Shown: piece after piece, positions 6,257 to 11,446 of the stretch
How the letters are laid out: every line of letters begins with the position of its first letter
How positions within the stretch are numbered: position 1 is the stretch's first letter
Origin: Nanobdellota archaeon
Lineage (GTDB): Archaea; Nanobdellota; Nanobdellia; SCGC-AAA011-G17; GW2011-AR17
Reading direction: 5' to 3'
Length of the DNA stretch: 11,446 nucleotides
Assembly (NCBI GenBank): GCA_018830945.1
Contig: JAHJRD010000072.1
Span: forward strand, 1 to 11,446
The notes under the pieces: generated by a model
The model's input: the letters and a program-made list of their open reading frames with translations, nothing else
Told to the model about the DNA's origin: nothing
Database searches by the model: none
Translations under genes and position numbers: made by a program

Positions 6257-6802
6257 CTATTCCTTCATCAGCTTTGCAATCTGCTCTGGGGAGGGCAGTT
6301 TTCCTTGAAGATTCTTTGGCAGCTTTGACATTATCCTGTATGTGGCAATGCCAATCGGCTTATTGGATTCTTTTAAGGCATATTCAACAATTGTATTATT
6401 CTTGGACTTACAGAGGATAATGCCTATGGGCGCAGTTTCTCCATGCATCCTTGCCTTGTCATCAAGCACCGCAAGGTAAAACTGCATTTTGCCGACATAC
6501 TCTGGCATGAACTTGCCTATTTTCAGCTCAATTGCAACAAGGCATTTCAATGACCTGTGGTATAGCAGGATATCAATGAAATATTCCTCTCCATCAATCT
6601 CAATGCGATATTGGCTGTCAACAAATGCAAACAATCCTCCCATTTCATGCAAAAACTTCCTTATCTTTGCAAGAGCTGCCTGCTCAATCTGCTTTTCACT
6701 GTGTTCTTCCCCTAATTCAAGGAAATCAAATGTATATTCATCTTTTACAGCTAATTTTGCCTGCTGCTTCCAAAGGCATAGAGCAATATAACTAACTAAG
6801 AA
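6257..6802 (-). pseudogene. 5'-truncated YhcG/DUF1016-type PD-(D/E)XK nuclease, C-terminal nuclease domain only
   Basis: The ORF track starts it at a TTG (6650-6652). The same frame stays open up to 6802 and encodes family-typical sequence upstream of that TTG: VKDEYTFDFLELGEEHSEKQIEQAALAKIRKFLHEMG. This continues into FAFVDSQYRIEIDGEEYFIDILLYH..LVAIELKIGKFMPEYVGKMQFYL..PIGIILCK..IVEYAL..KPIGIATY. There is no ATG, GTG or TTG in frame between 6802 and 6653. The roughly 150-200 aa N-terminal helical domain of full-length family members is absent. Confidence 0.7.
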
Positions 6803-6817
6803 TCAAACTTCTCTTTT

Positions 6818-7102
6818 TTACTGCGCCTGTTTCCCTTCAAGGGAAATGTGTGGGCCGTCAACTATGACGTTTATGCTCTCAAGGTCGTTTATCACAAGGT
6901 CATTGCCTGGCAAAAGATAGCTTATGTCAAGCCCTTTTATATGCACCTTATGCACCTTTTCATAGTCCAGGATTTCAAAAGGGACTTCACCTGTCTTGTG
7001 CGGCTCATTGCCGTTAAAAAGGCAGATAAAGCACGGTTTAAAATCTTCATCCCCTCCTTTTTTCCTTCCCACTATGACGCTTTTTGCCTTGTAGGTTTCC
7101 AT
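6818..7102 (-). CDS. hypothetical protein (94 aa), translationally coupled to S6e
   Basis: Its ATG (7100-7102) overlaps the S6e stop TAA (7102-7104) in a TAATG arrangement. The composition is plausible for a globular beta-rich protein. The opposite-strand ORF looks like a shadow. I recognise no family. Confidence 0.55.
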   Translation of the reverse strand: METYKAKSVIVGRKKGGDEDFKPCFICLFNGNEPHKTGEVPFEILDYEKVHKVHIKGLDISYLLPGNDLVINDLESINVIVDGPHISLEGKQAQ

Positions 7103-7608
7103 TAGTTCACTTCTTTTTTATCAGTATCTTCTTTAGGAACATTATCTTTAGGCTCCTCCTTCTTTGGCTCTTCTTTCTTCTCTTCTTTAGGAGCTTTTTC
7201 CTTCTCTTCCTTAGGAGCTTCCTCTTTACCAAAAAGCTTGTCAAGAGAATCAGAACCAGCTTTTAGTACTTTCAAATTAACCTGCGCTGTCTTATCAGTG
7301 ATTGTGTTGCCTGCAACTGTTTTTCTTTTTCTCAGGCCATTTCGCTTGTGCAGCCTTGTGCCTGTTTTTAATCCAGTGCCGCCTGTGAGAAGAGCTTTTT
7401 TCTTAAGAGGACCGTCAATGTCCTGCCTCATTGGAAAGCCTGAATCATCAGAGCCGCCTGTAATCTCAAATTCATAGCCAGGCATCTCAACCATGTCGCC
7501 TGAGACTTTCTGCTTGATTTTCATCCCTGCAAGAGGGTTTGCTGCAAGAGCTTTTTGGTAGCTTTTTCCAGTCTTTGGTTCATTGATAACAATTTTCAGT
7601 TCTGCCAT
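7102..7608 (-). CDS. rps6e: 30S ribosomal protein S6e with a Lys/Glu/Pro-rich C-terminal tail
   Basis: The S6e hallmark GGSDDSGFPMRQDIDG and the basic block RLHKRNGLRKRKTVAG are present. Residues from about 127 to 168 form a low-complexity KE(P) tail. Confidence 0.95.
   Translation of the reverse strand: MAELKIVINEPKTGKSYQKALAANPLAGMKIKQKVSGDMVEMPGYEFEITGGSDDSGFPMRQDIDGPLKKKALLTGGTGLKTGTRLHKRNGLRKRKTVAGNTITDKTAQVNLKVLKAGSDSLDKLFGKEEAPKEEKEKAPKEEKKEEPKKEEPKDNVPKEDTDKKEVN
7178..7225 (-). repeat. two copies of a 24-nt in-frame tandem repeat inside the S6e tail
   Basis: 7178-7201 matches 7202-7225 at 20 of 24 positions by hand alignment. The repeats encode ...KEKAPKEE/KEEAPKEE-like octapeptides. 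A more degenerate third unit lies at 7154-7177. Confidence 0.6.
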
Positions 7609-7628
7609 GGTTGATGAGATTACGGAAG

Positions 7629-7644
7629 GGGTTTATATATCTTT
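7629..7644. promoter_or_regulatory. BRE/TATA-like element in the S6e / 100-aa ORF divergent region (GGGTTTATATATCTTT)
   Basis: The TATA core is centred about 28 nt upstream of S6e ATG 7608, which fits a leaderless mRNA. The 16-mer is identical to 1375-1390. The near-palindromic core could fire in both directions. Confidence 0.5.
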
Positions 7645-7664
7645 CGGAAATCAATGATTTTCGG

Positions 7665-7693
7665 AGATACAAAAGCCTTTGCTTTTGATATCT
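7665..7693. promoter_or_regulatory. imperfect inverted repeat / hairpin in the divergent intergenic region
   Basis: AGATACAAAAGC (7665-7676), loop CTTT, then GCTTTTGATATCT (7681-7693). This gives 12 bp with one bulged A. Confidence 0.4.
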
Positions 7694-7746
7694 TTCGGCG
7701 AACAAATGGAAGAAAGAAGCCTGCAATTATTCGATGAGGGCAATAC

Positions 7747-7754
7747 TTATAAAT
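7747..7754 (+). promoter_or_regulatory. TATA-like box for the 100-aa ORF
   Basis: TTATAAAT lies about 36 nt upstream of ATG 7787. A weak GGGG (7778-7781) could act as an SD on a short leader. Confidence 0.35.
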
Positions 7755-7786
7755 GATAAGCGTTTTTGATTTATTCCGGGGATAAA

Positions 7787-8089
7787 ATGAATGGCAAATA
7801 CCTGACAGAACTTGTTGAGAAATGCATGGAATTTGTAAAAAGCAATGGCAGGATTTTAGAAAACCAAAGCAACATGTTTTTTGACTCGGCTAAACGAGAA
7901 TTCCGCGGCGATGTACGAATAAGCTGCTACGCACTGCAGTCTCCGCACTCAGAAGGGTTTTTCCGCATAGAGGTAAGGGATGGAAGAACGCTTGTTCTTT
8001 ATGCAAAGGGAGATTATCCGGGAAAGATTACAAATGTTGATGTAGAATTTTACAAGCCTGGCGACTGGGAAAAGAAGATAACACTCTAA
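7787..8089 (+). CDS. hypothetical protein (100 aa)
   Basis: ORF track gives 7766..8089, starting at a TTG. I prefer ATG 7787 (MNGKYLTELVEK...). It looks like an N-terminal helix followed by beta-rich sequence. I recognise no family. Confidence 0.55.
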   Translation: MNGKYLTELVEKCMEFVKSNGRILENQSNMFFDSAKREFRGDVRISCYALQSPHSEGFFRIEVRDGRTLVLYAKGDYPGKITNVDVEFYKPGDWEKKITL

Positions 8090-8118
8090 ATGCCAAAAAG
8101 CATCTTCCTACAATAAAG

Positions 8119-8126
8119 TATTTAAG
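8119..8126 (+). promoter_or_regulatory. TATA-like box for proS
   Basis: TATTTAAG is centred about 26 nt upstream of ATG 8149. No SD is present. Confidence 0.4.
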
Positions 8127-8148
8127 TGATACAGCTTTTTTAACAGAT

Positions 8149-9606
8149 ATGGCAGAAGACATAAAAGGAATCACTGTGAAGAAAGCAGATGATTTCTCAG
8201 AATGGTATTCGCAGCTAGTCCAGAAAGCTGAATTAGCTGACCTGAGATACAACATAAAGGGTTTTGTCTGCTACATGCCATGGGCTGTTATGTCAATTAA
8301 AAAGATGTATGACAAATATGAGAAATTATTGGAAAAGAACGGGCATCTGCCTTTGATAATGCCTTCACTAATACCAGAATCAAACTTCCTTCTTGAGGCA
8401 AAGCATGTTGCGGGATTTGTGCCGCAGGTGTTCTGGGTGACTGAAGCTGGCAATGAAAAGTTTGAAGAAAGATTAGCTTTAAGACCAACAAGCGAGACAG
8501 CATTGTACAAGATGTACAGCTTGTGGATAAGAAGCTACAATGATTTGCCTTTCAAGAGATACCAGTCATGCCAGGTGTGGAGATATGAAGGAAAAGCTAC
8601 AAGGCCATTTTTCCGCGCAAGGGAGTTCCACTGGATTGAGGCGCATAATGTGTTTGCAACAATGGATGATGCAAAGAAACAAGTGTTGGAAGACATGGAA
8701 ATGACTCATGCAATGCTTGAGCAGGAATTCTCAATACCAATCATATTCTTTGAAAGGCCGCAGTGGGACAAGTTTCCAGGCGCAGAATCAACATTCGCAG
8801 CTGACGCATTGATGGAATCAGGAAAAGTAATCCAGCTGCCTTCAACGCACTTGCTGGGCACAAACTTTTCAAAGCCTTTTAATGTGAAATACACTGACAA
8901 GGATGGGACTGAAAAATTAGGATACATAACATGCTATGGCCCGGCAATCAGCAGGATATACGGAGCAATGATTGCCTTGTTAGGGGATGACAATGGATTG
9001 ATACTTCCTTTTGACCTGGCTCCTGTGCAGATTGTGATAGTGCCTGTCATATTCAAGGGCGCAAGGGAAATGATAATAGAGAAATGCACTGAAGTTCATG
9101 ATATGCTTAAAGACAAATACGCTGTAAAGCTTGACTTAAGGGACATTACTGCAGGAGAAAAGTTCAATGAGTGGGAGCTGAAAGGGGTGCCTTTGAGGAT
9201 TGAGATAGGGCCAAAGGATTTGGAAACAGGCGTTGCTGTTGTTGTTAACAGGTTTACAAAAGAGAAAAAGGCAGTTGATGTGAATAAACTAAAAGAGTAT
9301 GTTGACAATGTTGCAAAGAATTACACAAATGTTTTGAAAGAGAAAAAGCTTTTAGCGTTTGAGAATCTTGTTGAAAGCTGCGAAACAATGGATGAAGTGA
9401 AGAAGGCTATTGGCAATGGAAAGATTGCGTGCTGCGGGTTCTGCTCAATTGGCATGGACGGGCAGAAATGCGCTGAAGCTGTTGAAAAGCAGATTACTGC
9501 TGATGTGAGGGGAAAGAAGGTTACTGAGGAAAAGCATCATTCCTCAAAATGTGTTGTGTGCGGGAAAAAGGCAAAAGAGACTGTGTATATTGCAAAGAGT
9601 TATTAG
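8149..9606 (+). CDS. proS: proline--tRNA ligase, archaeal/eukaryotic type
   Basis: Matching blocks: N-terminal FSEWYSQLVQKAELAD, class II motif 2-like FRAREFHWIEAH, the anticodon-domain entry LAPVQIVIVPV, and a Cys-rich C-terminal Zn domain (CCGFCS...CVVCGKKA). The protein ends in the conserved terminal Tyr. Length 485 aa. Confidence 0.95.
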   Translation: MAEDIKGITVKKADDFSEWYSQLVQKAELADLRYNIKGFVCYMPWAVMSIKKMYDKYEKLLEKNGHLPLIMPSLIPESNFLLEAKHVAGFVPQVFWVTEAGNEKFEERLALRPTSETALYKMYSLWIRSYNDLPFKRYQSCQVWRYEGKATRPFFRAREFHWIEAHNVFATMDDAKKQVLEDMEMTHAMLEQEFSIPIIFFERPQWDKFPGAESTFAADALMESGKVIQLPSTHLLGTNFSKPFNVKYTDKDGTEKLGYITCYGPAISRIYGAMIALLGDDNGLILPFDLAPVQIVIVPVIFKGAREMIIEKCTEVHDMLKDKYAVKLDLRDITAGEKFNEWELKGVPLRIEIGPKDLETGVAVVVNRFTKEKKAVDVNKLKEYVDNVAKNYTNVLKEKKLLAFENLVESCETMDEVKKAIGNGKIACCGFCSIGMDGQKCAEAVEKQITADVRGKKVTEEKHHSSKCVVCGKKAKETVYIAKSY

Positions 9607-9668
9607 AAAGCCGAGCTTCGCTGCACTTTAATGTTTTCAATGTTATAAAACAATAAAATAGAAAAAAT

Positions 9669-9687
9669 TAAGCCGTAGGCTGGCTTA
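9669..9687. terminator. small hairpin between the convergent proS and DUF4013 genes
   Basis: TAAGCC (9669-9674), a 7-nt loop, then GGCTTA (9682-9687). It overlaps the DUF4013 stop. T-rich runs follow the proS stop (CTTTAATGTTTTCAATGTT). Confidence 0.3.
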
Positions 9688-10389
9688 CTTCTTTTTCTTC
9701 TTTTTCACAACGGCTTTCTTAACTGCTTTCTTCACAGGCTCAGCAGGAGAGAAAGCGCCTGCAAGCAATGTAAACCCGGTAATGCCTGCGATGAAGGTTG
9801 CGACTGGAGAGCCCACATAAGGAACCCTTGACAAAAGCCCGCTCAAGACAGATGAGTACACTGCAAATATAAGCCATGCAAGGAAATACCTTCCTGTGAA
9901 GGCTGTCCTGAAAACATTGCCTAACTTGAAAGCTGCTCCAAAGCCATTGTTTGCAAAATGGACTATTGCAGACGGCAGGATATAAGCTGCAATCAGCACA
10001 AGAATAGCTGTAATCGCTAATCCTCCTACCATGCCTCCAGCCATCATCTCGCTTATCCTTGGCATTGCAACTGCAGCATCAGGCGTGAGCTGCGCCATAT
10101 AGGCTGACATCATTGACGGAAGAACAGGCCATACAGAAATAAGCCCTACGACAAGCGCAGGAAGCATGAAGATAAATCCAATCACTGTATAAAGAATGCC
10201 ATTGACAAAAAGGTCGCCCCATTCATGCCATTCTGGCAATGAAGAATCCTTGTCAATAGTTTTCTTTGCTGTCTTGACTATATACCCAGATACAAAGAAA
10301 TTGATTATCGGGACAATGCCAAGCAAAACACCGATTAGCAGTTTTTTCATGTCTGTGAAAGGCTTTTTGAATGCTGTTTCATAATCCAT
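9685..10389 (-). CDS. DUF4013-family polytopic membrane protein with an oligo-Lys C-terminus
   Basis: The N-terminal pattern PFTDMKKLLIGVLLGIVPIINFFVSGYIVKTAKK....LPEW..WGDLFVNG matches my recollection of DUF4013. There are about 5-6 hydrophobic segments. The C-terminus is VKKAVKKAVVKKKKKK. Confidence 0.75.
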   Translation of the reverse strand: MDYETAFKKPFTDMKKLLIGVLLGIVPIINFFVSGYIVKTAKKTIDKDSSLPEWHEWGDLFVNGILYTVIGFIFMLPALVVGLISVWPVLPSMMSAYMAQLTPDAAVAMPRISEMMAGGMVGGLAITAILVLIAAYILPSAIVHFANNGFGAAFKLGNVFRTAFTGRYFLAWLIFAVYSSVLSGLLSRVPYVGSPVATFIAGITGFTLLAGAFSPAEPVKKAVKKAVVKKKKKK

Positions 10390-10409
10390 TGCAGTCTTTT
10401 TGAGGGTTT

Positions 10410-10419
10410 TTTTATATTT
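10410..10419 (-). promoter_or_regulatory. TATA-like box for the DUF4013 gene
   Basis: The minus strand reads AAATATAAAA, centred about 25 nt upstream of ATG 10389. Confidence 0.4.
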
Positions 10420-10485
10420 AACACTTGTGTCCTTCCTGGGCAGTTAATATAAAAGCTTATAACTGCATTTTACTTCTATACAGTT

Positions 10486-11280
10486 GTGGGTTTAGAGCAC
10501 AAAGTAAGCCTTGTAACCTACAACACCAGCAGAGATATTCCTGTTAAACAGAGCGGGTTATATGTCCTTGTCGGCGTTCCTTCTGATTTGGAAAAGGATG
10601 ATTCTCATTATGAGGAAAGGAACGGGCTTGCTGAATGGCTGAAAGACAATGGCTTGGATGTAATAAAAGTGAACTGCCACTGGCCTAGGGACAAGTATGT
10701 GTGGTTCAAAAACACTTATGTGCATAACATGACTTATTTTGCAGAAGGAGGATGCTTTGTTTTTGGAAACAATTATTTTGTGGCTTCAGCAGAACTTGAC
10801 TTTGACAGGAGAAGGACAAAACACAGCGTGGAGAGAAAGCTTTCAGAGCTTTATGATACGCCGTTATACATGGTGCCTTCATTCAGGCATAATGGGCAGC
10901 CAAGGGTGCACCTTGACTTAACTATCTCAATCATAGAATCAAGAAAACTTTTGCTTGTTGACTCAAGGCATCACAGGCAGCAGAAACGGCTGTTTGAGCA
11001 GATTGCATATGAGCAGGGACAGAAGCTTGTTGTTGTGAACTCAGGCGAGGATGCAAAGCTCTGGCCAATGAACATGCTTGTGCTTGATAATGGAAAGAAG
11101 ACAACTGTTGTTGCAAACTCCGAGTGCAAAAAGCTGATGAAGGTTTTGAACAGGTATGATTTGGATTTGATAACAATGGACATTTTTGATGTGCCTTCAC
11201 TTGGAGGCTCAATCAGGTGCATTACAAACACTGTTGAAAGCATGGATACTGCAAACGCCTGGATAAGCAAATGGCTGTAA
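10486..11280 (+). CDS. pentein-fold guanidino-group-modifying enzyme (amidinotransferase / arginine deiminase / DDAH superfamily)
   Basis: The C-terminal block MNMLVLDNGKKTTVVAN....L......ITMDIFDVPSLGGSIRCITN carries the catalytic-Cys motif (C245, TGC at 11218-11220). RVHLDLT (His142/Asp144) lies about 100 aa upstream, and WPRDKY supplies an R-D guanidino-binding-type motif. The GTG start is the only in-frame start near the 5' end. TATA-like boxes lie at 10445-10454 and 10456-10463. Confidence 0.7.
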   Translation: MGLEHKVSLVTYNTSRDIPVKQSGLYVLVGVPSDLEKDDSHYEERNGLAEWLKDNGLDVIKVNCHWPRDKYVWFKNTYVHNMTYFAEGGCFVFGNNYFVASAELDFDRRRTKHSVERKLSELYDTPLYMVPSFRHNGQPRVHLDLTISIIESRKLLLVDSRHHRQQKRLFEQIAYEQGQKLVVVNSGEDAKLWPMNMLVLDNGKKTTVVANSECKKLMKVLNRYDLDLITMDIFDVPSLGGSIRCITNTVESMDTANAWISKWL

Positions 11281-11312
11281 ATCCTGCCTCAAGTCCTAGA
11301 AAAAAAAGAATA

Positions 11313-11329
11313 AAGGGCAAAGAGCCCTT
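11313..11329. terminator. hairpin between convergent genes
   Basis: AAGGGC (11313-11318), loop AAAGA, then GCCCTT (11324-11329). An A8 run (T8 on the minus strand) lies just upstream at 11300-11307. Confidence 0.3.
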
Positions 11330-11341
11330 CTCTATAATTAT

Positions 11342-11446
11342 TTAATCTTCGTCGTCTTCTGCGCCTGCGTCGTCACTGGTGTCTTCCAAATCATCATCAC
11401 CCACATCCGTGTCGTCTTCTTCATATGCGTCGAAATCGTCTTTCAT
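11342..11446 (-). CDS. extremely acidic ORF end: either the C-terminal tail of a gene continuing beyond the window or a 34-aa peptide
   Basis: The reverse complement reads MKDDFDAYEEDDTDVGDDDLEDTSDDAGAEDDED then TAA (11342-11344). The frame is open to the window edge, so the Met at 11444-11446 may be internal. Confidence 0.3.
   Translation of the reverse strand: MKDDFDAYEEDDTDVGDDDLEDTSDDAGAEDDED

Noticed and set aside
6803-6820. The 94-aa ORF and the nuclease remnant share a reading frame, suggesting a fused or read-through protein
   Set aside because: Two different in-frame stops (TAA 6818-6820 and TGA 6803-6805) separate them. Other genes in the window terminate normally on TAA, TGA and TAG, so stop-codon reassignment is not supported. 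Frame coincidence has a one-in-three chance.
7084-7266. 60-aa Phe/Leu-rich + strand ORF
   Set aside because: It is simply the antisense reading of the GAA/AAG-rich S6e tail repeat and is not an independent gene.
7612-7617. UGAUGA C-box-like hexamer (and AUGAUU at 7654-7659), suggesting a C/D box sRNA
   Set aside because: No CUGA D or D' box lies at an appropriate distance on either strand, and there is no terminal stem. The first hexamer lies only 4 nt upstream of the S6e start codon, in its leader-free 5' flank.
7766-7786. TTG start extending the 100-aa ORF by 7 codons
   Set aside because: A canonical ATG follows at 7787, and the TTG lies only about 15 nt from the TATA-like box. The ATG is more plausible, but this is not proven.
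10931-11270. 93-aa and 99-aa minus-strand ORFs inside the pentein gene
   Set aside because: They are antisense shadows with Ser/Gln/Ala- or Phe/Ser-rich composition. The + strand frame carries the conserved catalytic motifs.
1-11446. CRISPR arrays, transposases or integrases, terminal inverted repeats, rRNA genes
   Set aside because: No regularly spaced direct repeats, recombinase-like ORFs or rRNA-like segments were seen on either strand.

Overview
This is an archaeal chromosomal segment. Evidence: aIF2-gamma, ribosomal protein S6e, an archaeal/eukaryotic-type ProRS, and A/T-rich TATA-like boxes about 20-30 nt upstream of most start codons, implying leaderless or near-leaderless mRNAs. The gene content and Lys-rich tails fit a small-genome (DPANN-like) archaeon, but that is inference only. 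The window is densely coded and mostly housekeeping. From left to right it holds:
- a tandem pair of paralogous lipoprotein-like genes (-);
- a divergent M28 peptidase (+);
- a long minus-strand run: HtpX, a small membrane ORF, two tandem archaeal Cmk-like kinases, aIF2-gamma, a 5'-truncated YhcG/DUF1016 PD-(D/E)XK nuclease remnant, a 94-aa orphan and S6e;
- a 100-aa orphan and proS (+), a DUF4013 membrane protein (-), and a pentein (amidinotransferase/ADI/DDAH superfamily) enzyme (+);
- the acidic end of a further minus-strand ORF at the window edge.
I found no rRNA, tRNA, CRISPR array, transposase or integrase, and I cannot demonstrate a complete novel multi-gene system. The observations most worth follow-up are:
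- the duplicated lipoprotein family with a single DNDC(D/N)GSVD metal-loop motif;
- the orphan gene plus nuclease remnant lying between S6e and aIF2-gamma;
- Lys/Glu/Pro-rich extensions on aIF2-gamma (N-terminal) and S6e (C-terminal, with a 24-nt tandem repeat);
- the tandem kinase paralogs;
- a 16-nt promoter motif shared by two divergent intergenic regions;
- palindromes overlapping promoters.
All family assignments come from motif recognition by eye. No database search was run.
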